This document shows positions 9,721 to 19,196 of a stretch of 57,405 nucleotides of DNA, piece by piece (the first letter of the stretch is position 1; each line of letters begins with the position of its first letter). Both the position numbers and the translations under genes were made by a program. A model generated the notes under the pieces. The model was not told where the DNA came from, did no database searches, and saw only the letters and a list, made by a program, of their open reading frames with translations. Location of the stretch: NCBI GenBank assembly GCA_016839365.1, contig JAEOUH010000010.1:1-57405 (forward strand), read 5' to 3'. Source of the DNA: Candidatus Hermodarchaeota archaeon (GTDB lineage Archaea > Asgardarchaeota > Hermodarchaeia > Hermodarchaeales > Hermodarchaeaceae).

Positions 9721-10359
9721 TTATCCAAAGCGGACAATTTTACCCGCTCTTCCAGCGACAAAGACTTTCTTACGACCTTCGGTTTGTACTAGCTTATTAC
9801 CACTAAGCACAACTTTCAAATCGCCTTTCTTGAAGACCAACCGATCCTCACTAGCGATAATTCCACATTTCCCAAATTGGGTATCCAGAATCGTTGCGAC
9901 CCAGCCTTTCTGTCGTTGAATAAAGGTGTTAGTAAACCAGTTTCGATTGTAATCAAAGAATCGATTGAATATTTCCTGTGCCCTCTCAAAGGCCTCCTCT
10001 GCTGAACCCAAATGCAATTGCTTCAATTCATTCTCACTAACATGCGAGGTGCTGGGTGGTGTCCAGTCACCATCTTGGCTTAATAAGAGGAGGCTGCCAT
10101 TCCAATCGAAGTTATGACTTTTCCCAACTGCCCCGCGATGGGTTTCTGCAATCGCATCGATAATCGCCTGCCCATAGCCGATGAAGACTCCACCCACTTC
10201 CAGCTTATGATAAAAGATGGGAAAATAGATGGTGCCCTCGTTCACGCTTAGCAGCGTCTTCTCTGATCGGGCTATATCTGTGGGATGGCTGACTTTTCCA
10301 GCCAATGCACCCAGGACCAAGTCCCGGTGTTCAAAACCCCAAGTTGAACTTGAACTCAC
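9721..10359 (-). CDS. Hypothetical protein (beta-rich)
   Basis: 212-aa ORF with GTG start after a GGGGAG RBS-like site, 15 nt downstream of the ArsR-type gene; no family recognised. Confidence 0.7.
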   Translation of the reverse strand: MSSSSTWGFEHRDLVLGALAGKVSHPTDIARSEKTLLSVNEGTIYFPIFYHKLEVGGVFIGYGQAIIDAIAETHRGAVGKSHNFDWNGSLLLLSQDGDWTPPSTSHVSENELKQLHLGSAEEAFERAQEIFNRFFDYNRNWFTNTFIQRQKGWVATILDTQFGKCGIIASEDRLVFKKGDLKVVLSGNKLVQTEGRKKVFVAGRAGKIVRFG

Positions 10360-10374
10360 TTTACTTCACTCCCA

Positions 10375-11088
10375 TTATTCTTCTGTGTCTTTTCCAATGC
10401 CTGAAACCATCTGGTTATAGAGGTACTCGGCAAGTGTTAACGCCATGCGCCCGGGAATGGTGATAAGATACCGTCCACGAACCCGTTCCTGGGTAACAAA
10501 ACCAGCCTCTTCAAGTTGCTTCAGGTGATGGGGCAGCGTTCCCGGCTTTAATCCAGACATATCCATGAGATCTTGATGGTAACGTGGTTCTTCTGCGAGT
10601 AGATACAAAATACCAATCCGTTCAGCACTAGCAAGTGGCGCCAGCAACCGTTCTGCCTCTTCAGGCGGAACTTGTCTGGCTCTCTCTGCGGCAGATTTGC
10701 CTACCGCGACACCATTCTCATCTATCTTAATACGGGCACCATCCGGTCCGATGAAGACACTTCGCATCGCCCGGTTTGCACCACGCATAGCGTCAGAGAC
10801 CACTGACTTAATGTATTCACCAAGTTCCTTCCCTGCTGTTCCCATGTGACGCCCGAACTCGGCCATTTCCTCACCAAAAGCTTCATCATCAAAGTCGACC
10901 CGCACAGCTCTTCGAGGACGTGAGGACTCTGAAAATTCTGGAGACTTGACGGATTCATCCCGATAAGCAGTCTTTCCTTCCCGCTCTAGCCGTTCACGGA
11001 GTTCCCGCATCTGCTCTTCCAAGCGGTCCATTTCCTCGCGTAATCCTTCCTTGTCACCTTTATCTTTCTTTCGACCAAACCATGACAT
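10375..11088 (-). CDS. ArsR/SmtB-type winged-helix transcription regulator with N-terminal coiled coil
   Basis: C-terminal LASAERIGILYLL...LKPGTLPHHLKQLEEAGFV...GRYLIT.PG winged helix; likely start MSWFGRKK at 11088. Confidence 0.8.
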   Translation of the reverse strand: MSWFGRKKDKGDKEGLREEMDRLEEQMRELRERLEREGKTAYRDESVKSPEFSESSRPRRAVRVDFDDEAFGEEMAEFGRHMGTAGKELGEYIKSVVSDAMRGANRAMRSVFIGPDGARIKIDENGVAVGKSAAERARQVPPEEAERLLAPLASAERIGILYLLAEEPRYHQDLMDMSGLKPGTLPHHLKQLEEAGFVTQERVRGRYLITIPGRMALTLAEYLYNQMVSGIGKDTEE

Positions 11089-11204
11089 TTCTTCTTCACT
11101 TCCTAACAAATACGTCGATACCGTAAAATTTGGACCAACATCTTTTCTCGAACACAACAATCAGTTTTGTTCTTTTTCGTCATTTCATCCGACTCCATTC
11201 GTTT

Positions 11205-11285
11205 TTTTAACGATTGATAACGTTTACGAAACGATAGAAATATTTCGTTCTGATTTAGACTACAATCGTTCACAAATATAAACCT
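11205..11285 (-). promoter_or_regulatory. TATA box with overlapping AACG(A)/(T)CGTT inverted-repeat array (candidate autoregulatory operators)
   Basis: aacgattg 11209-11216 / caatcgtt 11263-11270; aacg-N8-cgtt 11209-11224; aacga-N10-tcgtt 11230-11249; minus-strand TTTATA at ~11278-11283. Confidence 0.45.
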
Positions 11286-11387
11286 TTCTAATTTAATCAG
11301 AATCGATGAGACCTAATAAAAAATCGGAAAGGCACATTCCGCACACTTAAAGGCATATTTGAGAAAGCACAGGCAGGCGATTCTCTC

Positions 11388-12341
11388 GTGTCATCTTCCT
11401 TCGCAGTCGTTGGCATGGCGGCATTTCCGCTAAACACCTTTGTTTCAGACATGGTCATTCAAGAGGTCGCTGCCCGATTACGTTCTGAGAACCTAAAAGC
11501 AGCCGAACTCCTCTGCCTCTCCAATGTTCTTGGAAATCCGAGAGGTAGCTTGCCTGGGTACCCATCCAAGGAACGGGCGAAGAGTATTGGAAACCAACTC
11601 CAAGATTTCCAAGTGAGTATACATGGCCCCTATGTGATTTCACTGACAAGTACGGAGAAAGGGGTGTTGCGAACCAGTCGTGCTCACATGACCCGTTGCC
11701 TACGCGTTGCAGACCTGGTTGGCGCAACGCACGTGACCTTCCATGCCGGCTCCCGGCAGCTTAAATCCGCAACAAAGGATCTTGTTTTGCAGCGATTGAA
11801 AGAAATCATGGTAAAGATCGAAAACGATGAAATTAGTGCTCTACCTGCCCCAGAAGTAGCAGGAAAAGTTGCTGGGTTTGGGAGCTTTGAGGAAGTCTGT
11901 GAGGTGGCCGGAGCAGCCGGGTGCCTGTTCTGTTGGGATTTCGCCCATGATTTTGCCCGAGGCGGCGATGTTACAAATGAAGCAGGAATTCTGCGACGGC
12001 TAGAACTCATTGACGACACGATTGACCTGTCCCGGCGGCGGTTGCCAATCCACCTATCGGGTATATTTGCTAATCGCCGAGGAGAAGTCAGCCATACCCC
12101 CTTAAATGGCGGTTCCAATGTTCCCTGGAAACTATTCTTATCTGTATTACAGGAACAGCGATTTCTCGATAAAGTGAGTATTGTATGTGAATCCAAATCT
12201 GATGAACGCAATGGGCTAGATTTCCGTTTTGAACAAGCCCTGCTGATCAAGGAGTTCATCGACAATGGAAGGATTGAAAAGGAATACCATCCCTCACGCC
12301 CATCTCTTACACGATTCTTTAAAAAAGAGGAAGTGGATTAA
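11388..12341 (+). CDS. nfo: Endonuclease IV-like AP endonuclease (TIM barrel)
   Basis: SIHGPY, FHAG, PEVAGK..FGS.EE, CWDFAH, HLSGI...GE..H and CES metal-ligand pattern of archaeal EndoIV; C-terminal SLTRFF. Confidence 0.8.
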   Translation: MSSSFAVVGMAAFPLNTFVSDMVIQEVAARLRSENLKAAELLCLSNVLGNPRGSLPGYPSKERAKSIGNQLQDFQVSIHGPYVISLTSTEKGVLRTSRAHMTRCLRVADLVGATHVTFHAGSRQLKSATKDLVLQRLKEIMVKIENDEISALPAPEVAGKVAGFGSFEEVCEVAGAAGCLFCWDFAHDFARGGDVTNEAGILRRLELIDDTIDLSRRRLPIHLSGIFANRRGEVSHTPLNGGSNVPWKLFLSVLQEQRFLDKVSIVCESKSDERNGLDFRFEQALLIKEFIDNGRIEKEYHPSRPSLTRFFKKEEVD

Positions 12342-12353
12342 CCCAATCTCAAT

Positions 12354-13208
12354 TTAGATATCAAAAACCATCTCTGGTTTGGGCGCCACCGGCTCTTCCT
12401 TAGGTGCAGACAACTTCAACGCCTCCTTGATAATGTCCAACGCTTTTTCACGGTTATTCGGGTCGATGGCGACCATGCCATAAGCCTTGATACCTAAAAT
12501 ACGCTGCACCAATTGAGGAGATAAGGCTCCAGGAAGATCCTGTTTATTTGCGATAGCTAATAACTGAGCCGCAATATCCTTTCGTCGGATCAAGTCAATG
12601 ATGTCCTTACTGTTCAAGACGTTCTCTAGCGTCGAATCAGTGACTAGCAAGATGATTCGGCTGCCACGGAAGTAGAGTTCCCACAGCTTCCGGAATCGAT
12701 CTTGCCCCGCAAAATCCCAGGTCGAAACTTCGTATGTTCCTATTCGCGCACCTTCGATTTTTTGGATGTCAATGGCGATGGTGGGAACATAACTAGTAGG
12801 TGGGACACCACCGTTGAGGAGGGTGACGAGGGTAGTTTTGCCAACGCCGCCGTAGCCGATGATGCTGACTTTGAGGGTTGTGGTGACATAGTCGTCGACT
12901 TTTTCCATGAAGGTTTCGTATTCTACTTCGTAGCTGATGACGCGGCGGAATTCGTAGGTGACGCGGTCAAGTTTTTCGCGGAGCGTGTCGTCATCGTCGA
13001 CGCCTTCGGCGCAGAGGACGACGATGCCGCGTCCAAGAGGTTTGCCAATGTATTTGATTGGGCCGATTTCTTCGATGATGGTGTCTCGGGCGACTTTAAC
13101 GCGGCTTGCAAAGTCTTGCATTTCTTTGAGGTTGACTGTGATGATCCAGAATTTCTTCTCGACGACGATTTCGTCGCGTGCATCAATGATGTAAACGTGA
13201 TGTATCAT
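12354..13208 (-). CDS. Arf-like small GTPase fused to an N-terminal longin-like domain
   Basis: G1 GYGGVGKT, G2 YVPT, G3 WDFAGQ, R.LW..YF, G4 ANKQDLPGA; ~110-aa N-terminal MIHHVYII beta/alpha domain. Confidence 0.88.
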   Translation of the reverse strand: MIHHVYIIDARDEIVVEKKFWIITVNLKEMQDFASRVKVARDTIIEEIGPIKYIGKPLGRGIVVLCAEGVDDDDTLREKLDRVTYEFRRVISYEVEYETFMEKVDDYVTTTLKVSIIGYGGVGKTTLVTLLNGGVPPTSYVPTIAIDIQKIEGARIGTYEVSTWDFAGQDRFRKLWELYFRGSRIILLVTDSTLENVLNSKDIIDLIRRKDIAAQLLAIANKQDLPGALSPQLVQRILGIKAYGMVAIDPNNREKALDIIKEALKLSAPKEEPVAPKPEMVFDI

Positions 13209-13360
13209 CCGGATCCCCTGGGGATATCGTCCGCTTATCTTTGTTTTTAGAGTCGAAACTATTTCAACTTTGTGTCGTTACTCTCCATAGATTAAGGTTT
13301 TTTACTTTTGGGTAAAGTTCATAAAAGTAGAGTGTCCTTGGCTGTGTGGGATTGAGATTC

Positions 13361-14116
13361 ATGGAAGTAACGATTCTTGGCAGCGGGGCGTCGCTATTGT
13401 CACCCGACCGTGTGTCGTCTGGATTGATGGTGGAAATAGCCGGTGAACCCCTGATCTTTGATCTAGGTGCAGGTGTGCTCCATCGACTATCATGTAGTTT
13501 GATTGAGATTACCAAGATTGAACACGTGTTCATCAGTCATTTGCACATCGATCATGTATCCGATATGATTGCCTTACTGCAGAGCTTATGGCTGTCAGGG
13601 TATGATAAGACCTTGAATGTGTATGGCCCTTCAGCGCTGATGAAGATGGCTACGAATTTGGGTGAGATTTTTCCTTATCTACAGGGCAAGGTTAAACTTA
13701 AGCATCATCAGGTAGAGCCAGGTTTTCAGGCGAAGTCAAAGAACTGGACGGTGTTAGCGTTCCCAGTAACGCATGGCGATTTTGAAGCGTATGGGTTCCA
13801 CATCGAAGCCGAAGGCAAGCGCGTGGTCTATTCTGGTGATACAACTCCGTGTAAGGAAATGATTCGTGTTGCCAAGGGTGCGGATTTGTTGATTCACGAG
13901 TGTTCTTTCCCTGATGGTATGAAAGAGATTGCGACTACCCATACAACACCGGGTGATCTGGGCAAATTAGCCACTGAAGCAGAAGTGAAGACCTTAGTGT
14001 TGACACATTTATACCCGGAGCTTTTGGAAGAGCTAGGCGAGGCTCTCACAAGTATACGAGCATCGTTTTCAGGGAAGATCATTGTGCCCCGTGATACCCA
14101 AATCATCACCCTATAA
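13361..14116 (+). CDS. MBL-fold metallo-hydrolase, RNase Z/AtsA-like
   Basis: ILGSG, FDLGAG, SHLHIDH, YSGDT, IHEC, HTT and LTHLY motifs. Confidence 0.9.
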   Translation: MEVTILGSGASLLSPDRVSSGLMVEIAGEPLIFDLGAGVLHRLSCSLIEITKIEHVFISHLHIDHVSDMIALLQSLWLSGYDKTLNVYGPSALMKMATNLGEIFPYLQGKVKLKHHQVEPGFQAKSKNWTVLAFPVTHGDFEAYGFHIEAEGKRVVYSGDTTPCKEMIRVAKGADLLIHECSFPDGMKEIATTHTTPGDLGKLATEAEVKTLVLTHLYPELLEELGEALTSIRASFSGKIIVPRDTQIITL

Positions 14117-14163
14117 TCCAGTTCAGGAGGATATCCACTATTACGAAATTTGAGTTTGAGGAT

Positions 14164-14619
14164 ATGCTCAAACGCGCATCCCACATTGAAAAATACATGC
14201 ATGAGTGTTCCGTTGATTGCAAGCCAAAATACGAAGCTCGTCGAGTAGAATATACACCAAAGGCTGAAACGCTTGAAGCGATTAAGCAGAATGCAGATAA
14301 GTTCATTGTAGTCGCCATTGGAGCTGACTGGTGCAAGGATTGCGTTGCCAATATTCCGGTCCTAGATTTGGTGCATGAAGCCACAGGGCTTCGTGTCTAC
14401 ATCTTAGGTGGTGTGAAAACTGATCCTTTAAACCCTAACCACCAATGGGCAGTTCCGCCCAGTCCACCAGAAGTAGACACGCTCAATATCAAAGCCATTC
14501 CAACAATTCTCCTCTACACTTCTGAGGGTATAGAAGTTGCCCGCATTATTGAAAACCCCCAATTCCTACCAACTCTAGAAGAAGAGCTCCTCTACCACAT
14601 GGAGAATTATCTCGGTTAA
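14164..14619 (+). CDS. Thioredoxin-family protein
   Basis: GADWCKDC active site, IPT cis-Pro loop, RIIENP. Confidence 0.85.
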   Translation: MLKRASHIEKYMHECSVDCKPKYEARRVEYTPKAETLEAIKQNADKFIVVAIGADWCKDCVANIPVLDLVHEATGLRVYILGGVKTDPLNPNHQWAVPPSPPEVDTLNIKAIPTILLYTSEGIEVARIIENPQFLPTLEEELLYHMENYLG

Positions 14620-14652
14620 ACCTTCGTTACTTTCGAAATAGGCACATTTCTA

Positions 14653-14994
14653 CTAATAATCTTCTTCATCTTTTTGAGGTTTGGTGGGCTCTCCGTCTTC
14701 AAAGGAAATGACTCCTTTTCCATACCCCCCTGCAGGAAAATGAGCACGACGGTCGATATCGCGTCTAATGCGTTGTAAAGACTTTGGAACTCGGTCTCGT
14801 GGAAGAAGCATAAACACGAGAACAAGGGCATAAAAAACAGCGAAAATGGCAGCAAAAGGTGGAAACGTGATTAGAAGGAAAGCAAAAATCAATGTGAGGA
14901 TTAGCACGACGACTAGCGCACAGGTTGTTTGCCGTTTTTGTTCCTGACTTAGGCTAGGCTTTTTCTTTCTTTTGAGTTCTGAAATCCCAATCAC
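14653..14994 (-). CDS. Small two-TM membrane protein
   Basis: Basic N-terminus, two hydrophobic helices, acidic tail; start uncertain (GTG at 14994 preferred). Confidence 0.6.
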   Translation of the reverse strand: MIGISELKRKKKPSLSQEQKRQTTCALVVVLILTLIFAFLLITFPPFAAIFAVFYALVLVFMLLPRDRVPKSLQRIRRDIDRRAHFPAGGYGKGVISFEDGEPTKPQKDEEDY

Positions 14995-15116
14995 CCTATG
15001 AGATAATTCTAGCACCAGCAGGTTAAACATTTCGAATGGTTTTCAATTTACTTTTGACTTGGGCTCTCCTAAAGGCTTTAAATCGTTTGACTGGAATTCG
15101 ATGGTGGGAGCAAACG

Positions 15117-17768
15117 ATGTCTTACCGTATCTGTCCACGTTGCTCAGGGTTTGTTGAGGTGCGACACTTAGGTAAGCATTTCAAGGTCATTTGTTCGCAA
15201 TGTGGAGCTAGCTACCAGACTCAACCAGGGGAGGTGAATGATCAAATAGCCGCCTATTTTCGTTTCATGGATGTCATGGAGGGCGGAGAGCCCTCCCAAA
15301 AGGCGAAAGTAAAACCAAAAGCACCTCAACGCCGCGAACCGCCTTCAGGTTATACTCCACCACGCTCCAAAGAGGAATGGGAACGGCAAATAAAGCATGC
15401 AGGCGTTCCATCGTTGAAAGCTTTGCCCAAAGTTGTTCAGCGAATACTCGCGGATCCAGCCCATTATTTGGTGAAATACCAGCAGTTTCCCGATACGACC
15501 CCGGACCCAGGTTGTGAAATTGACAATGCACCCTTCGATGATCAACTGAAGGTTGCACTCAAACGGCAAGGTTTGACCCACCTCTTTCAGTTTCAAGAAG
15601 ACGCGGTGCAACAGATACTTGCTGGCAAGGATGTTGTGGTTTCTGCCCCTACTGCAACGGGAAAAACTGAAGCTTTTGCTATTCCAATAATTCAGCAGAT
15701 ACTAGAACGTCAGGTTGGGTGGGGACCCCTACGTGCTGCAGAAAAACGCAGAGTCCAGGCGATTTTCATTTACCCCACCAAGGCACTGGCTCGGGACCAA
15801 TCCGGGAAACTCGCCATCCTAGCATCGAGCGTCGGTTTAGATGTGGCGGTATTGGATGGAGACACCCCCAAGTCGGAACGCGCCGCGATTTTTCGACAAC
15901 CCCCCGATATTTTGATTACGAACCCCGATATGCTCCATATCCACTTGATTCGTCCACGGGATCCGATTCGGCGGCTGGTTCGTACAGCTCAGCACGTTGT
16001 CTTAGATGAGCTTCATGTGTATGTAGGAGCCTTTGGCGCAAATGTCCATTTCTTGCTTCGTCGCTTGCAACGTATTTGCCCCCGCCTTCAATTGATTGGA
16101 GCCTCAGCGACTGTGGCGAATGCCCAAGAATTCGCTGAGTTATTGTTTGGAAGGTCTGTGACTTCCATCTATTGTGACACGGGTAAAAAAGGAGTTATTC
16201 ATTTCCTGATGCTGTATCCTGAGCGGATCAGTCAAAGTACCATGATCGCTAGTGTCGCACGGGAATTAGTTCGTCATGATCTGAAGACATTGGTGTTTGC
16301 TAATACTCACAAAAACGCTGAAGTCATCAATCTCATTGCCCGGCAAACACAGCTGAAGAGTGCCGTCCACAGGGCAGGGCTGCCTATGGTGTATCGTCGA
16401 CGCGTCGAAGACGATTTTCGTCTCGGTGAACTAGACCTACTTGTCTCCACACCCACGCTGGAGCTGGGGATTGACATCGGTGACCTTGAAGGGGTAGTAT
16501 CGATGCTTGTGGGTATTACACGACTCACCCAACGGATTGGCCGTGCAGGAAGAAAGGGACAAGAAAGTGTAGCCGTCTTAGCCTTACGCCCCAACGACGC
16601 CATTAGCACCTACTACCGGGAACACCCGAACGATTACTTCACGGACATCGATCCCGCCTATGTAGAACCACACAATGAAGTCGTGGCTTATCACCAACTG
16701 CTATCTGCGGCCCTAGATTTGCCCATTAAGAAAGAGGAATTCATTGAGTTTCAACCTATCTTAGAGCAACTCCAAACGGAGGGACTCTTGCAAGATGATA
16801 AGGAGATCTTGAAACCGAATATCATCGAAGCTAGACGCACACTAGCCCAGTATTCCATTCGCGGAATCGGTGACAGCGTAAAAATCATTCATGAGGGGAA
16901 GATTATTGGTGAGCGCCAGATGCCAATTGCCATGGGTGAGTTGCATCCCGGTGCATACTATTTACACGGTGGTGCATCCTACGAGGCATTGGAGTTCGAA
17001 TACCGTCACGGGGTGGGCCGGGCGGTTGTGAAGAAATTACCCCGTGGTCATCGGGAGATGACCCAGCCATTACGATATGTGAATCCAAAGATCATTCGGG
17101 TGTCGGATACGCGACAAGTCTACGGCATGACAGTACATTATGCGGATCTTCAAATGACAGAAATCATCACCGGGTATGTAATTAAAGACATTTACTCTGA
17201 CAAGATTTTAAAGACCAAGGAACTGGACAAAGCCTTAGAATTTACCTACCCTACAAAGGGTTTCTTTTTCACAGCACCCCATCCTGTGAAATCCGTGAAA
17301 GCCGCTACTCCTGCGGTACAATCCCAGCCTAGAGCCGAGATTCTTGGCAACGAAAAAGATGTAATCACCGAAGATGAACTGATTGTGGGTGGGTTTCACG
17401 CCCTAGAACATACTCTGATTGAGAGTAGTGACATGTTAACAGGTGGAGGGCGAAATGCGATCGGAGGGGTCTCAATGGGTGCATCGGGACTCATTTTCAT
17501 TTATGATGGAAGCCCAGGTGGAAGTGGATTGTCCAAGCTTCTTTTCGATCGGCTAGAAGAAGCCCTTCGAAGAGTAACTGTGATTTTAGATGAATGCGTT
17601 TGTAAAGCACTTGAAGGGTGTCCGGCTTGTACGTATTCCTATCAGTGTGGCAACAACAATACTCCACTCTTCAAAGATGGAGCCCTAGAAGCGGCCCATC
17701 TCATTCTGAAGGGAGAAAAAGTAGTTACCGATAGCTCACCTGAACTGACGGAGGAACCACTCATTTAG
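15117..17768 (+). CDS. DEAD/DEAH-box helicase with C-terminal DUF1998 (Hrq1/MrfA/SftH family) and N-terminal Zn ribbon
   Basis: PTATGKT, YPTKAL, TNPDMLH, DELH, SAT, LELGIDIG, QRIGRAGR; C-terminal CVC..GCPAC...CG; CPRC...CSQC at the likely start. Confidence 0.93.
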   Translation: MSYRICPRCSGFVEVRHLGKHFKVICSQCGASYQTQPGEVNDQIAAYFRFMDVMEGGEPSQKAKVKPKAPQRREPPSGYTPPRSKEEWERQIKHAGVPSLKALPKVVQRILADPAHYLVKYQQFPDTTPDPGCEIDNAPFDDQLKVALKRQGLTHLFQFQEDAVQQILAGKDVVVSAPTATGKTEAFAIPIIQQILERQVGWGPLRAAEKRRVQAIFIYPTKALARDQSGKLAILASSVGLDVAVLDGDTPKSERAAIFRQPPDILITNPDMLHIHLIRPRDPIRRLVRTAQHVVLDELHVYVGAFGANVHFLLRRLQRICPRLQLIGASATVANAQEFAELLFGRSVTSIYCDTGKKGVIHFLMLYPERISQSTMIASVARELVRHDLKTLVFANTHKNAEVINLIARQTQLKSAVHRAGLPMVYRRRVEDDFRLGELDLLVSTPTLELGIDIGDLEGVVSMLVGITRLTQRIGRAGRKGQESVAVLALRPNDAISTYYREHPNDYFTDIDPAYVEPHNEVVAYHQLLSAALDLPIKKEEFIEFQPILEQLQTEGLLQDDKEILKPNIIEARRTLAQYSIRGIGDSVKIIHEGKIIGERQMPIAMGELHPGAYYLHGGASYEALEFEYRHGVGRAVVKKLPRGHREMTQPLRYVNPKIIRVSDTRQVYGMTVHYADLQMTEIITGYVIKDIYSDKILKTKELDKALEFTYPTKGFFFTAPHPVKSVKAATPAVQSQPRAEILGNEKDVITEDELIVGGFHALEHTLIESSDMLTGGGRNAIGGVSMGASGLIFIYDGSPGGSGLSKLLFDRLEEALRRVTVILDECVCKALEGCPACTYSYQCGNNNTPLFKDGALEAAHLILKGEKVVTDSSPELTEEPLI

Positions 17769-17783
17769 CGTGAGAGTATTGCT

Positions 17784-19031
17784 TTAGAATTCAGGGGACC
17801 AGATGGCAGAGAGTTTAGGGAAGATTTGTCGAATGATAGGAGTTTTGGTTGCATTCCCACCAGCATCTGGAAATATTTCGTACAATTCATCGATAGTCCG
17901 GTATCCTAAGAGCAGCTGATAGATGACGGGGAAGGGAACAGCTACATCCATGTCTTTGACTTTGGAACGCGGAATTGGGTTAGTCGCGTGGAGTATTCCG
18001 TCCTTGAACACCAATTCGATACCTTCATGATACCAACTTATTCGAACCGAATCAGTTAACCCCTTGAAATCAGAATTTGCTACGCGTTGTTCAATGACAG
18101 GCTTGATCGTTTCAACGAATCGTTTGATTGAAGGGATTTTAACATACCAAGCATATGGTCTTTCGAATTTTGATCGACTAATACTCTCAAGAGCTTGGGC
18201 AATTCCAGGTCCTGAAGGAAAATAAATGCGAAGGGGTAAGCTTTTGCGTTTTGCCAAAGCTTTCCAGAAACGGAGCAGCGGAATCAGGTATTTGAGATTC
18301 TCAACCCACAATTCAGTCACTTCAAGAGCACCCCAGCCGATATTAAGGGTGAAGATTCCCACGACTTTCTGGTTTTGTCTAACAAGGTTAAACTTATACA
18401 AAGCTTCATCACCAAGCTTTCCAGTTGAGAGATAGAGGTACTCGTCTGTTGTAAGGTCTCGATACAAATCAAGATAGGAAGTGAATTTTTCCCGAGTTTT
18501 CAGGTATTTAACAAAAGTGTTGGTAGTGACTTCCTCTATGAGAATCGGTTCTTTTTCGCTTTTCTTCAAGGGAGGAATCAATTCAAGAGAAAATGTGAGC
18601 GAGCCACCCATTCTAATGGCATATTCATAGCCCAGTTTTCGGTAAAAAAAGGGGATGCCAGCGATAATAACCAGAGGAAGTTTGTATTCTTCGACTCGCT
18701 GTTCGAACGCTTCGTTTATTTTACGAATCAAACCGCGGTTTCGGTATCCTTCGAGAGTCCCTACGATTTCCATTTGGCCCACGGGGATTTTCTGTCCTCC
18801 CAGAACCCCCGTGTTAAGCTTGAGACAATAATAGGCTACAACTTTACCTGTTTTCGTGTCTTCAATCAAGAAATTATCAGGAGGAGAAAAATCGGGGTGG
18901 AGCCGGAACAAGCGGTCAACCATAGGTAGTCCACCTTTCCCATGGACCGCTAGAACATGTTTTTTGATGGCGTTAATATCGGATTCCGTACCTGCGCGTA
19001 GGATAAGACCGTCTTCTAGTTCTTGGAACAT
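17784..19031 (-). CDS. GNAT acetyltransferase (Eis-like multi-domain)
   Basis: VGTLEGYRNRGLIR acetyl-CoA motif, GIPFFYRKLGYEYA; likely start MFQELEDG at 19031. Confidence 0.85.
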   Translation of the reverse strand: MFQELEDGLILRAGTESDINAIKKHVLAVHGKGGLPMVDRLFRLHPDFSPPDNFLIEDTKTGKVVAYYCLKLNTGVLGGQKIPVGQMEIVGTLEGYRNRGLIRKINEAFEQRVEEYKLPLVIIAGIPFFYRKLGYEYAIRMGGSLTFSLELIPPLKKSEKEPILIEEVTTNTFVKYLKTREKFTSYLDLYRDLTTDEYLYLSTGKLGDEALYKFNLVRQNQKVVGIFTLNIGWGALEVTELWVENLKYLIPLLRFWKALAKRKSLPLRIYFPSGPGIAQALESISRSKFERPYAWYVKIPSIKRFVETIKPVIEQRVANSDFKGLTDSVRISWYHEGIELVFKDGILHATNPIPRSKVKDMDVAVPFPVIYQLLLGYRTIDELYEIFPDAGGNATKTPIIRQIFPKLSAIWSPEF

Positions 19032-19196
19032 AAAAGTTGCACCCGTAAATTGACTCTTAATCCACCGGAATTCGTTTGAGATTAAAAGCTTATGTAGATC
19101 TCTGCGTAATGAAAGAAACCAAACCCAACAGTTTAAGAAAGCCCGTGTCACCCATTTAGAGGTTAACCTCATTCACCACGATGAGATGGATGATTT

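Noticed and set aside
12702-13250. 182-aa antisense ORF (also 49168-49800, 11684-12265, 28215-28793, 29422-29943)
   Set aside because: Shadow frames of well-supported genes on the opposite strand, favoured by local codon bias; no motifs of their own.
15117-17768. DUF1998 helicase as part of a defence system (DISARM/Druantia)
   Set aside because: No methylase, PLD nuclease or partner helicase is nearby; the architecture fits the stand-alone Hrq1/MrfA repair helicase.
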